Shown piece by piece: positions 14,475-36,420 of a DNA stretch of 64,000 nucleotides. Source of the stretch: Macrostomum lignano (taxonomy: Eukaryota); contig NIVC01000755.1 of the NCBI GenBank assembly GCA_002269645.1, positions 1 through 64,000 of the forward strand. Reading direction: 5' to 3'. Below the pieces are notes generated by a model. The model did no database searches. It saw only the letters and a list, made by a program, of their open reading frames with translations, and was not told the DNA's origin. A program made the translations under genes and the position numbers. Numbering within the stretch: position 1 is the first letter of the stretch; every line of letters begins with the position of its first letter.

Positions 14475-17400
14475 TTGCCAGTTGCTGGTCATCTAGTGTT
14501 GATTGATTTTGGTCAGTTGCTGCTCATCTAGTGTTGATTGATTTTGGTCAGTTGCTGGTCATCTAGTGTTGATTGATTTTGGTCAGTTGCTGGTCATCTA
14601 GTGTTGATTGATTTTGGTCAGTTGCTGGTCATCTAGTGTTGATTAAAGTTGGCCAGTTGCTGGTCATTTAGTACTGATTGATTTTGGCCAGTTGCTGGTC
14701 ATCTAGTATTGATTGATTTTGGTCAGTTGCTGGTCATCTAGTGTTGATTGATTTTGGTCAGTTGCTGGTCATCTAGTGTTGATTGATTTTGGCCAGTTGC
14801 TGGTCATCTAGTGTTGATTGATTTTGGCCAGTTGCTGGTCATCTAGTGTTGATTGATTTTGGCCAGTTGCTGGTCATCTAGTATTGATTGAAGTTGGTCA
14901 GTTGCTGGTCATCTAGTATTGAATAAAGTTGGTCAGTTGCTGGTCATCTAGTATTGATTGATTGTGGTCAGTTGCTGGTCATTTAGTATTGATTGATTGT
15001 GGTCAGTTGCTGGTCATCTAGTATTGATTGATTGTGGTCAGTTGCTGGTCATTTAGTATTGATTGAAGTTGGTCAGTTGCTGGTCATCTAGTATTGATTG
15101 ATTTTGGTCAGTTGCTGGTCATCTAGTATTGATTGAAGTTGGTCAGTTGCTGGTCATCTAGTAGTGATTGAAGTTGGTCAGTTGCTGGTCATCTAGTGCT
15201 GATTGATTTTGGTCAGTTGCTGGTCATCTAGTAGTGATTGAAGTTGGTCAGTTGCTGGTCATCTAGTATTGAATAAAGTTGGTCAGTTGCTGGTCATCTA
15301 GTATTGATTGATTGTGGTCAGTTGCTGGTCATTTAGTATTGATTGATTGTGGTCAGTTGCTGGTCATCTAGTATTGATTGATTGTGGTCAGTTGCTGGTC
15401 ATTTAGTATTGATTGAAGTTGGTCAGTTGCTGGTCATCTAGTAGTGATTGATTTTGGTCAGTTGCTGGTCATCTAGTATTGATTGAAGTTGGTCAGTTGC
15501 TGGTCATCTAGTAGTGATTGAAGTTGGTCAGTTGCTGGTCATCTAGTGCTGATTGATTTTGGTCAGTTGCTGGTCATCTAGTAGTGATTGAAGTTGGTCA
15601 GTTGCTGGTCATCTAGTGCTGATTGATTTTGGTCAGTTGCTGGTCATCTAGTAGTGATTGAAGTTGGTCAGTTGCTGGTCATCTAGTATTGATTGAAGTT
15701 GGTCAGTTGCTGGTCATCTAGTAGTGATTGAAGTTGGTCAGTTGCTGGTCATCTAGTATTGATTGAAGTTGGTCAGTTGCTGGTCATCTAGTAGTGATTG
15801 AAGTTGGTCAGTTGCTGGTCATCTAGTGCTGATTGATTTTGGTCAGTTGCTGGTCATCTAGTATTGATTGATTTTGGTCAGTTGCTGGTCATCTAGCATT
15901 GAATCATTTTGGTCAGTTGCTGGTCATTTAGTACTGATTAATTTTGGTCAGTTGCTGGTCATTTAGTGCTGATTGATTTTGGTCAGTTGCTGGTCATCTA
16001 GTATTGATTGATTTTGGTCAGTTGCTGGTCATCTAGTATTGATTGAAGTTGGTCAGTTGCTGGTCATCTAGTATTGATTGATTGTGGTCAGTTGCTGGTC
16101 ATTTAGTATTGATTGATTGTGGTCAGTTGCTGGTCATCTAGTATTGATTGATTGTGGTCAGTTGCTGGTCATTTAGTATTGATTGAAGTTGGTCAGTTGC
16201 TGGTCATCTAGTATTGAATAAAGTTGGTCAGTTGCTGGTCATCTAGTATTGATTGATTGTGGTCAGTTGCTGGTCATTTAGTATTGATTGATTGTGGTCA
16301 GTTGCTGGTCATCTAGTATTGATTGATTTTGGTCAGTTGCTGGTCATCTAGTATTGATTGAAGTTGGTCAGTTGCTGGTCATCTAGTAGTGATTGAAGTT
16401 GGTCAGTTGCTGGTCATTTAGTGCTGATTGATTTTGGTCAGTTGCTGGTCATCTAGTATTGATTGATTTTGGTCAGTTGCTGGTCATCTAGTATTGATTG
16501 ATTGTGGTCAGTTGCTGGTCATTTAGTATTGATTGATTGTGGTCAGTTGCTGGTCATCTAGTATTGATTGATTGTGGTCAGTTGCTGGTCATTTAGTATT
16601 GATTGAAGTTGGTCAGTTGCTGGTCATCTAGTATTGAATAAAGTTGGTCAGTTGCTGGTCATCTAGTATTGATTGATTGTGGTCAGTTGCTGGTCATTTA
16701 GTATTGATTGATTGTGGTCAGTTGCTGGTCATCTAGTATTGATTGATTGTGGTCAGTTGCTGGTCATTTAGTATTGATTGAAGTTGGTCAGTTGCTGGTC
16801 ATTTAGTATTGATTGATTTTGGTCAGTTGCTGGTCATCTAGTATTGATTGAAGTTGGTCAGTTGCTGGTCATCTAGTAGTGATTGAAGTTGGTCAGTTGC
16901 TGGTCATCTAGTGCTGATTGATTTTGGTCAGTTGCTGGTCATCTAGTAGTGATTGAAGTTGGTCAGTTGCTGGTCATCTAGTACTGATTGATTTTGGTCA
17001 GTTGCTGGTCATCTAGTAGTGATTGAAGTTGGTCAGTTGCTGGTCATCTAGTATTGATTGATTTTGGTCAGTTGCTGGTCATCTAGTAGTGATTGAAGTT
17101 GGTCAGTTGCTGGTCATCTAGTGCTGATTGATTTTGGTCAGTTGCTGGTCATCTAGTATTGATTGAAGTTGGTCAGTTGCTGGTCATCTAGTAGTGATTG
17201 AAGTTGGTCAGTTGCTGGTCATCTAGTATTGATTGAAGTTGGTCAGTTGCTGGTCATCTAGTATTGATTGATTGTGGTCAGTTGCTGGTCATTTAGTATT
17301 GATTGAAGTTGGTCAGTTGCTGGTCATCTAGTATTGATTGATTTTGGTCAGTTGCTGGTCATCTAGTATTGATTGAAGTTGGTCAGTTGCTGGTCATCTA

Positions 17401-18660
17401 GTGCTGATTGATTTTGGTCAGTTGCTGGTCATCTAGTAGTGATTGAAGTTGGTCAGTTGCTGGTCATCTAGTACTGATTGATTTTGGTCAGTTGCTGGTC
17501 ATCTAGTATTGATTGAAGTTGGTCAGTTGCTGGTCATCTAGTATTGATTGATTTTGGTCAGTTGCTGGTCATCTAGTATTGATTGAAGTTGGTCAGTTGC
17601 TGGTCATCTAGTATTGATTGATTTTGGTCAGTTGCTGGTCATCTAGTATTGATTGAAGTTGGTCAGTTGCTGGTCATCTAGTATTGATTGATTTTGGTCA
17701 GTTGCTGGTCATCTAGTATTGATTGAAGTTGGTCAGTTGCTGGTCATCTAGTAGTGATTGATTTTGGTCAGTTGCTGGTCATCTAGTGCTGATTGATTTT
17801 GGTCAGTTGCTGGTCATCTAGTAGTGATTGAAGTTGGTCAGTTGCTGGTCATCTAGTGCTGATTGATTTTGGTCAGTTGCTGGTCATTTAGTACTGATTG
17901 ATTTTGGTCAGTTGCTGGTCATCTAGTAGTGATTGAAGTTGGTCAGTTGCTGGTCATCTAGTGCTGATTGATTTTGGTCAGTTGCTGGTCATCTAGTATT
18001 GATTGATTTTGGTCAGTTGCTGGTCATCTAGCATTGAATCATTTTGGTCAGTTGCTGGTCATTTAGTACTGATTAATTTTGGTCAGTTGCTGGTCATTTA
18101 GTGCTGATTGATTTTGGTCAGTTGCTGGTCATCTAGTATTGATTGATTTTGGTCAGTTGCTGGTCATCTAGTATTGATTGATTTTGGTCAGTTGCTGGTC
18201 ATCTAGCATTTAATCATTTTGGTCAGTTGCTGGTCATTTAGTACTGATTAATTTTGGTCAGTTGCTGGTCATTTAGTGCTGATTGATTTTGGTCAGTTGC
18301 TGGTCATCTAGTATTGATTGATTTTGGTCAGTTGCTGGTCATCTAGTATTGATTGATTTTGGTCAGTTGCTGGTCATCTAGTATTGATTGATTTTGGTCA
18401 GTTGCTGTTCATCTAGTATTGATTGATTTTGGTCAGTTGCTGGTCATTTAGTATTGATTGAAGTTGGTCAGTTGCTGGTCATCTAGTATTGATTGATTTT
18501 GGTCAGTTGCTGGTCATCTAGTATTGATTGATTTTGGTCAGTTGCTGGTCATCTAGTATTGAATGATTTTGGTCAGTTGCTGGTCATTTAGTATTGATTA
18601 ATTTTGGTCAGTTGCTGGTCCTTTAGTGCTGATTGATTTTGGTCAGTTGAATGTCATCTA
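14475..18660. repeat. 35-bp minisatellite (GGTCAGTTGCTGGTCATCTAGTATTGATTGATTTT), ~120 copies
   Basis: Direct periodicity; rare variants recur at multiples of 35 nt. Confidence 0.97.
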
Positions 18661-19239
18661 GTACTGTTCGATTTGGTTATTTGAGCCGCAGTTCCACGCA
18701 AACATCTAAAGGATAATTTCAACTTTAGACTAAAAAGGGGATTTCGATTCTAGCAATCTGGGAAGTTAACTGACTGGCAGTCTAAACTAGCATTGAATGC
18801 TGGCGATACCTTCTGATGCGATACCCCAATGCGGAGAAGAAAGCAATACAATCCTCTATCCACAGGAACTGCTGCCATTTTTCTTCATATCTTTTCTTTT
18901 GCTTCATCAGTTTCCGGCCAACATGCCGGACACCTTGACCTCGGCCTTCTAACCTGTTGCTTATCACTTTTTTTTGGGGGGGGGGAGAATGCAGCGTGGG
19001 AATCAGTAGGAATTGATAGCGCAGAAATTCCGGTTAAGGTCTACGGTAATAAGGCAGTAGTTATTACCGGTCCAATGTAGCGAAGTCAGCCTCTTTCTCG
19101 CTGCGCAGCTCGCTTGTAGCGATGATAATCTTTTACTCTGAGTGGGTAACAGCGAAGCAGGTTATTTTCAGGTTAAAAGTTGCTGGTTAAAGTTTTAGAA
19201 TTTTTTGTTTAAATCGTGAATATAGATCTACATTTCGCC

Positions 19240-19600
19240 CCAATCTAATCTGATCTAATCTGATCTAATCTAAGCTAATCCAATCTATCAAATCCGATCT
19301 AATCTGATCTAATTCAATCTAATTTATTATAATCTAGTCTAATATAATCCTATATATTCTAGTCTAATTTAAACTAATCCAAACTAATATAATCTAATCT
19401 AGTCTAATTTGATCTAATCCAATCCGATCTAATCCAATCTAATGTAATCTAATGTAATATTGTTTAATCTAATCTAACCGAATCAAATCAAATCTAGTCT
19501 TAGTTAATCTAATCTAATTTAATCAAATCAAATCTAATCTAATCGACTCTAATCAAATTGAATCTAATCCAATCCAATCTGATCTGATGTAGTCTAATCA
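19240..19600. repeat. Degenerate (AATCT)n
   Basis: Visible 5-mer periodicity. Confidence 0.85.
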
Positions 19601-19949
19601 AAACTATAGTCAGGAGCTTTTCTGGTGTGTTACTGCAGGTTGCTATCAGCGAAAAGATAACAATTGGGCATCTACTTATGAGTCAGGCAAGTGCAAAATA
19701 ATATAACCGCATGGCCCAACCTCAGGCAGGGGTCTTTTACTTGAAGGTCTTTTTCAGCTACCTGCGCAGCTAGTTAGAGATCAAGACCGGCTTAGTTGGC
19801 GTCGTTAAAAGTGCAAGGTTTTATCGCTGTTTTTCAACCCACCAGCAGGTTATATTAGTCACTGTATAAAGCAGACACCACTGCCGATTTCCATTGAGGA
19901 ACCTTCCAAATTTTTATTTTCACGTCAACTGGACTTGCGAAGCTTATAT

Positions 19950-20750
19950 GCGAACATGGAATGCATTGTGTGAACATAGGATGTATTGTGTGAACATGGA
20001 ATGCATTGTGTGAACATAGGATGTATTGTGTGAACATGGAATGCATTGTGTGAACACGGGATGTATTGTGTGAACATTGGATGCATTGTGTGAACATGGG
20101 ATGTATTGTGTGAACATGGGATGTATTGTGTGAACACGGGATGTATTGTGTGAACATTGGATGTATTGTGTGAACATGGGATGGATTGTGTGAACACGGG
20201 ATGTATTGTGTGAACATGGGATGTATTGTGTGAACACGGGATGTATTGTGTGATTACTGAATGTATTGTGTGAACACGGGATGTATTGTGTGAACATTGG
20301 ATGCATTGTGTGAACATGGGATGTATTGTGTGAACATGGGATGGATTGTGTGAACACGGGATGTATTGTGTGATTACTGAATGTATTGTGTGAACACGGG
20401 ATGTATTGTGTGAACATTGGATGCATTGTGTGAACATGGGATGTATTGTGTGAACATTGGATGCATTGTGTGAACATGGGATGTATTGTGTGAATACGGG
20501 ATGTATTGTGTGAACATGAGATGTATTGTGTGAACACAGCTAATGCATTGTGTGAACATGGGATGGATTGTGTGAACACAGCTAATGCATAGTGTGAACA
20601 TGGGATGGATTGTGTGAACACAGCTAATGCATTGTGTGAACATGGGATGGATTGTGTGAACACGAAAATTTATTATGTGAACATAGGATAGATTGTGTGA
20701 GCAAAGAATATACTGTGTGAACACAACATGTACTCTGTGAACACAGTATG
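19950..20750. repeat. 20-bp minisatellite (TGTGTGAACATGGGATGTAT) just upstream of the ankyrin gene
   Basis: Direct periodicity. Confidence 0.95.
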
Positions 20751-20920
20751 TAGTCCGTGAAGATAGTTATTTCTTTTAATTGCATTGTATTTAGAAAACA
20801 TTTTATTAACCACAGTAGGCCATAGTTGATGATTGACGAGTCAAACTTTCACACCCTAATATTCGTGCATTTTTTTAATTTCAGCCAATTCACATCTCCC
20901 TGCCCCCAAGCTGAGCTGGG

Positions 20921-29865
<8,945 letters not shown>

Positions 29866-30139
29866 AAGTACTGTTTGAGTTATCAATTGTCTTAATTTTA
29901 AAATGACGGGAGCTCAAGCTTTTCTATCGGCTTAGGGGATAAAGTTAGGGACGCTCATCAAGAGACAGGGGCGCCCACCTACATGTACGTGATAATAGCA
30001 CACGCACTCGCACTCACCCTCACACAGGGTGTAGAGCGGCACAGACTTTCGAATCTTTAAAGCATATACACTCCTCATGGGCCCTCATGGATGTGAACTG
30101 TCTGTGTATGGGTTGCCCCTAAAATTTTCGTTTCAAAAA

Positions 30140-30530
30140 CAGAAAGTACAAACAGAAAGTACAATAGCAGAAAGTACACAAACAGAAAGTACAAAAGCAG
30201 AAGGTACAAACAGAAAGTACAATATCAGAAAGTACAAAGAGAAAGTACAATAGCAGAAAGTACACAAACAGAAAGTACAAAAGCAGAAAGTACAAACAGA
30301 GAGTACAATAGCAGAAAGTACAAACAGAGAGTACAATAGCAGAAAGTACACAAACAGAAAGTACAAAAGCAGAAAGTTCAAACAGAAAGTACAATAGCAG
30401 AAAGTACAATAGCAGAAAGTACAATAGCAGAAAGTACAAACAGAAATTACAATAGCAGAAAGTACAATAGCAGAAAGTACAAACAGAGAGTACAATAGCA
30501 GAAAGTACAAACAGAAAGTACAAAAGCAGA
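30140..30530. repeat. Compound AGAAAGTACA-core repeat
   Basis: Recurrent AGAAAGTACA(ATAGC/AAC) units. Confidence 0.9.
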
Positions 30531-30628
30531 AGGACTCTACAACCAAATGTTGTCAACAAATGCTAACGGAGTTTTCCCTGTCTGTTTGGCGCTTTTATCT
30601 CGATTGACTGTCTATGGTAAAACATGAA

Positions 30629-30820
30629 GGGCCAAATGCAGAAAGCTTAGTCTAGACTAGCTAGTCCGGACTTGGGTAGTTCAGTCTATAGTCTATGGTC
30701 TAGCTACCTTAGTTCTGTCTATAGTAGACCGGTCTAACTTTGTGTTTCTGCACACCAAATCCAAGTCCAGACTAGCTTTTCAAGACCGGACTACCCTAGA
30801 CAGAGCTTTCTGCACGGCCC
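30629..30820. mobile_element. 192-bp MITE-like element, PIF/Harbinger-like by its GGGCC ends and 3-bp TSD
   Basis: Left GGGCCAAATGCAGAAAGCT versus right AGCTTTCTGCACGGCCC; inner inverted pair GCTAGTCCGGACTTGG / CCAAGTCCAGACTAGC; GAA on both flanks. Confidence 0.65.
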
Positions 30821-31306
30821 GAAAATAAAATAGTAAAATTTAGGGTTGCAGTAGAGAAAATGCTGGTCAAGTAGTCGGATGTCAAGGAGAGTAAAATATC
30901 TAGCATTTTTTGTCTCAAATTTGTCTCTTCTTTGTCAACCGATCAATTTAGTCTTTTTTTAAAAATGATTTTACAATGAAAGGATTATTGTGTTAATCTG
31001 TTTGATTAGTTAACACTACAGTTCGTGACTCTTTCTTTGTAAATAAGATTCATTTAAAAAATCCATTTTTCGCATGTGCATGCTTTCTCTGCTTCCATCT
31101 GTGATGTTGGATCATTTTATCACCAAATACACAAGCTCGACTGTTGCTGCTAATTACTAGAAATCAATTCTTAAAATATAATAGCCTGAAAGCTTGTAGA
31201 AGGATTGCTGTTATTTTCTTTTTTCGTGCAGATTTTTCAATTATATTACTTTAAGTACGTGTAGCAGCAACAAACATGTCGGAGGACGGGAGAAGATGCT
31301 TTCCCA

Positions 31307-32205
31307 AGAGCCCAACTGCTCTGTAACAGTAACAGTAATAAGTAATTCGGCGCCTCAGCCATTGATCAGGCTCTTACGCCACTAGATAAATATGAATTCC
31401 AGGTTGGGAGTGTACTTATGTACACTGAGATCCTAATTGGAGCTAAGAGGACTGTACAAAGGGCAATTGACAGATCAAAAACCTCCCCGGGGGACAGTGA
31501 CAGCGGAACGACATACCAGTCAGGAAGCCCGTGCCCAAAAAACCAGGTTAGATAGACCCCATGCCTATTAGGGTTGGCCCGAAGGCCGAGGGCCGTGGCT
31601 ACCATGCTGGGGCCGACCACCCACCACCCCCGGGTACTCTGCCAAACGTACATAAACCTCCCCGGGGCCAGAGGGGGTTGAGTGAACCAATCAGGGAAGC
31701 CCGTGCCTTTTCCGGGTTAGAAAAGCCAAAAAACCGGTCATATGACCGCCCCTACGGCCGTGGCAACCCTCGAGGAGCCTCCCCCCCCCCCAACTAGACC
31801 CCGGGTACTCTTGCCAAGACAGCCTCTTATCTTTGAAGCGGCAGGAGGGCTAATCGCCGGGACTATTTCACCCTTTGCTTCGCCAACCCGCCATTTCTAT
31901 AGTGACCGTGCCAACGGTCTCGTCCTGCTCAGACTCAGTCCTGGTTCTGGCACACTCCTGCTTAAATGGGGTCGCTGGCTGTACGCTCAGAGGGCACTCC
32001 GAGGGGGACCGTCAGAGCACCAACTGGTACAGGTATAGGCCTGCCTTCCTATACAGCTACCCACAGCCCTTCCCGATCCACTATTACCCTCCAACCCAGC
32101 CTACTCACTCATTACAAGCTTTCAGCCAGGCAGAGACAAGTTTCACAGAGGTACTGCGGTTAGGCGCCTCTATGCGAGACAAAACCAGAGCCCAACTGCT
32201 CTGTA
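31307..32205 (-). mobile_element. ~860-bp non-coding insertion flanked by a 19-bp direct repeat (TSD); retroposon-like, orientation inferred from a short simple-repeat tail at the left end
   Basis: AGAGCCCAACTGCTCTGTA occurs at 31307-31325 and 32187-32205; the left end reads ACAGTAACAGTAATAAGTAA; internal short direct repeats are present. Confidence 0.7.
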
Positions 32206-32359
32206 GTTCTGGAGAAACCCCAAAACTAGCGATTTACCCCTAATAGGGGTAATAGCTCTAATTATTTCCCCGGGTTGAAACTACTGATAGTAGGCAAAAA
32301 GCATATTTCCCCGCAACTAGTTCCCGTTCCTAAAATAATGCCCTACTACAGTACCGGCA

Positions 32360-34409
32360 ACCTTTGTATTGGCTGAACAGTACACGTTCCAACAGTGCAC
32401 GCGCACGCCTGGAGAGTCAGTGCGGGCGTTCGCTGAACGGCTTTTGCGGGCGGCGGAGAAATGCAAATTCGATAACAAGGACGAGCGCCTGCGGGACCAA
32501 CTTATCTGCGGTCTGATGGATCAACAGATCGTAGGCAAGCTTTTGGTCAAGGACCATCATAGCTTGAACTTCAAGGACTGCCGAGGTGGAGGCTCATTCC
32601 ACCTTAATAGCCACGGAGATCATGAAGTGCACACCAAAAGGAGAGAGTACGGCCGTCATAAAGATCGGCGTGCTCAAGTCAAAAGGACAATCGTCGAAAG
32701 GGCAAAGTCGCGGCAAGTTCAAACGTAGCACTAGCACCACTTGTCCTCGATATGGGTCATCGCATGGAAAAATGCAGTGCCCGGCAACCGGGAAGACTTG
32801 TCGCAAGTGCGGCAAGCTGAACCATTTTCAAAAGGTGTGTCGGACGAAGACAGACGCTACAGGCCGCAGTTTGCGACTCAGTGCAGTTTGTGTCCAGCAA
32901 GTCCCCAGCGATGAATGGAGACCTGTTCACAATTGGAGCAATTACAGGCCCGACTAAGGATGCCATCTGCGTCACACTACAGTTTGTGCACGAGGACAAG
33001 AAAATCCCGATTCAGTGTCAACTATACACGGGGCGGCAGGGAGGCATTTCACTTTGATAACCGACAATCGTCCGCTCACTTTTGTATTTGGACCAGACCA
33101 AGAGTTACCGGCACGAGTATCAGTATCAGTATCAGTCTCGACTTCTTGGACCCGGACAGGGGCAAACACTCAGCATTGGCAGTGTTGAACTGGCTCACCC
33201 GACTTCAACTACTGAGCAATTGCGGATTCAGTCCGACTCCGAGCAATGTCCGGAGTTACAACAACTCCAAGAAGTGATCCGAACTGGAAATTTTAACCAC
33301 CAGGACCTACGGCCTTACAAGATGGTGTCCAGCGAACTAACCATGGAAGACGGACTGGTGATTAGAGGATTGAGAGTAGTTCCACCGCGTGCGTTGAGAC
33401 AAACGATCATGGAGGAAGCTCATTAGACGCACCTGGGCATGGAAAGGACTAAGTCTTTAATACGCTCACAATACTGGTGGCCAGCTTTGGACAAGGAAGT
33501 CATGGACTACATCAGCAGGTGTACAATGTGCAAGATGGTCAAATCAAGCAACCGGAATCACCTCAGTTCCGGCCAGATACCACAGAGCCGTGGGATCGTA
33601 TACATGCAGACTTTGCGGGACCAATAAATGGGCAGTACCTATTGGTGTTGGTAGATTCTTTCTCAAGCTACCCAGAAGTCCATCTGACTAACGACATGGA
33701 ATCAGCCACAGTGGTGTCTCGGCTACGACGAACTTTTTCGCAGCTCGGAATTCCCAGGACTCTGGTGACTGACAATGGACGCAGTTTTGTATCTGCCGAG
33801 ACAACCAATAGGCTGAAGAGTGTTGGTTGCCAGCATGTAACAACCCCGCCATACCACCCGCAAAGCAACGGGCTCGCAGAAAGGTTCGTCCGAACAGTGA
33901 AGGAGGCGATGCGAGCCACTGGACTGAGTCAACAAAATCTAGATCGGTTTCTGCTGTTCTAACGAGCCACACGTGGAAAGCATGGAGTCACGCCGACAGA
34001 GAAGCTGATGGGCAGGACCATTCGAGTACCTCTACTCAGTTCCTGTAGGTCTTCAGGTGACGACGTGGTGTACAAGGCGGGCAACACCGCTGCTCTGGCC
34101 AAGATTGTTTTTCCAACCGGAAGCACCACCGCGGTGGTCAGGTTAGCCGATGGACAGTGCAAGAAGGCCCATCGTGATCAGTTGCGACTCTACCCGGTCC
34201 AGGGGAAAGATGCGGCTGTCGAGGAGACGGAATTTAAGCAGGAATCAGCCGCAGTACAAGAAACTCCAGCAAAACCTCCTGAAGCTGTTGACAGCCCGAC
34301 CGAGTTGCCCGGAACGGAGCAGAGCATGCAAGAGCAGCCCACACCAACTGTACCGCTACGACAAAGTACTCGGCTCGCTCAGAAGCCGCGAGTAAACTAT
34401 CGGGTTTGA
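32360..34409 (+). mobile_element. Decayed Ty3/Gypsy LTR-retrotransposon internal region: gag, zinc knuckle, RNase H remnant, integrase; protease/RT largely deleted
   Basis: Gag-like AEQYTFQQCTRTPGESVRAFAERL...LRDQLICG; CRKCGKLNHFQKVC knuckle; integrase HHCC (AH*THLG...YWWP...CTMC) and DDE core (IHADFAGP...VTDNG...PQSNGLAERFVRTVK). Several stops and frameshifts; no LTR pair found. Confidence 0.9.
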
Positions 34410-34844
34410 CTCTGAGGACTGTCTCATAAAAGTGCTGTGGATTTAGTTTTATTTATCGGCCACAGCAGACTTGTCCATGTCTATGACTTAATGTGAGCCA
34501 CACTGTACGTTAAATAAGATTTATATGTAAAAAGACAAAGCTGGCAATTTAAGCCAAAAGAAATATAAAGTAACCGTGGGAGCAAAGACTCTCGAAAGAA
34601 CCACAACAAAACACGCTCCTATTGGCTGGGCCAATGGGGATGGGATGGCCCAGGAATCCATATCTTCCTTGACTATGCTACTTTTTCCTTTATAGTAGCA
34701 TTTTATGAACGAGATTTTAAGCATACTTGATAGTTATTTAATATATATAATCTTGATTTATTTTTAATGATGTCTGGCCATTGAAAATCAAATGGAAAAT
34801 CAAAAGGGCCAAAATATTGAAGCGTTTCTTTGATACGAAACAAG

Positions 34845-36420
34845 GAGAGAGAGGAGAGGGAAGGAGAGAGAAGGAGAGAGAAGGAGAGAGAGGGAGAGAG
34901 AAGGAGAGAGAAGGAGAGAGGAGAGGGAAGGAGAGAGGAGAGGGAAGGAGAGGGGAGAGGGAAGGAGAGAGAAGGAGAGAGGAGAGGGAAGGAGAGGGGA
35001 GAGGGAAGGAGAGAGAAGGAGAGAGAAGGAGAAAGAAGGAGAGAGAACGAGAGAGAAATAGAGAGAGAACGAGAGAGAAATAGAGAGAGAAGAGAGAGAA
35101 ATAGAGAGAGAACGAGAGAGAAATAGAGAGAGAACGAGAGAGAAATAGAGAGAGAACGAGAGAGAGGAGAGGGAAGGAGAGAGGAGAGGGAAGGAGAAAG
35201 GAGAGAGAAGGAGAAAGAAGGAGAAAGAAGGAGAAAGAAGGAGAGAGAAGGAGAGAGAGGAGAGGGAAGGAGAGAGAAGGAGAGAGAAGGAGAGAGAGGG
35301 AGAGAGAAGGAGAGAGAAGGAGAGAGGAGAGGGAAGGAGAGAGGAGAGGGAAGGAGAGGGGAGAGGGAAGGAGAGAGAAGGAGAGAGGAGAGGGAAGGAG
35401 AGGGGAGAGGGAAGGAGAGAGAAGGAGAGAGAAGGAGAAAGAAGGAGAGAGAACGAGAGAGAAATAGAGAGAGAACGAGAGAGAAATAGAGAGAGAAGAG
35501 AGAGAAATAGAGAGAGAACGAGAGAGAAATAGAGAGAGAACGAGAGAGAAATAGAGAGAGAACGAGAGAGAGGAGAGGGAAGGAGAGAGGAGAGGGAAGG
35601 AGAAAGGAGAGAGAAGGAGAAAGAAGGAGAAAGAAGGAGAAAGAAGGAGAGAGAAGGAGAGAGGAGAGAGAAGGAGAAAGAAGGAGAGAGAAGGAGAGAT
35701 AAGGAGAGGGAAGGAGAGATAAGGAGAGGGAAGGAGAGATAAGGAGAGGGAAGGAGAGAGGAGAGGGAAGGAGAGATAAGGAGAGGGAAGGAGAGATAAG
35801 GAGAGGGAAGGAGAGATAAGGAGAGGGAAGGAGAAAGAAGGAGAAAGAAGGAGAAAGAAGGAGAAAGAAGGAGAGAGAAGGAGAGAGGAGAGAGAAGGAG
35901 AAAGAAGGAGAGAGAAGGAGAGAGGAGAGGGAAGGAGAGATAAGGAGAGGGAAGGAGAGATAAGGAGAGGGAAGGAGAGATAAGGAGAGAGAAGGATCTT
36001 ATCTTATCCTACCTCTCACTTTACTTCTCTTGACCTACCTTTATCACCGACCTCTTCCACTAATTACTGTACCTCTCTCACTCTACCTCTCTTACCCTAC
36101 CTCTCTCACCCTACCTCTCTCACCCAACCTCTCTCACCCTACCTCTCTTACCCTATCTCTCTCACCTACCTCTCTCACCCTACCTCTCTCACGCTACCTC
36201 TCTTACCTCTCTTACCCTACCTCTCTCACCTACCTCTCTCACCCTACCTCTCTCGCCCTACCTCCCTCACCCTACCTCTTTCAACCTACCCCTCTCGCCC
36301 TACCTCTCTCACCTACCTCCCTCAACCTACCCCTCTCGCCCTACCTCTCTCACCTACCTCCCTCAACCTACCCCTCTCGCCCTACCTCTCTCACCTACCT
36401 CTCACCCTACCCGTCTTTCT
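34845..36420. repeat. GA-rich tract (~34845-35995) followed by a CCTACCTCTCTCAC-type tract (~36020-36420)
   Basis: Low-complexity purine then pyrimidine tracts. Confidence 0.9.

Noticed and set aside
18782-19080. Short non-repetitive ORFs on both strands
   Set aside because: No recognisable homology or consistent splice partners.
34410-34700. 3-prime LTR of the Gypsy element
   Set aside because: No matching 5-prime copy or clear polypurine tract found by eye.
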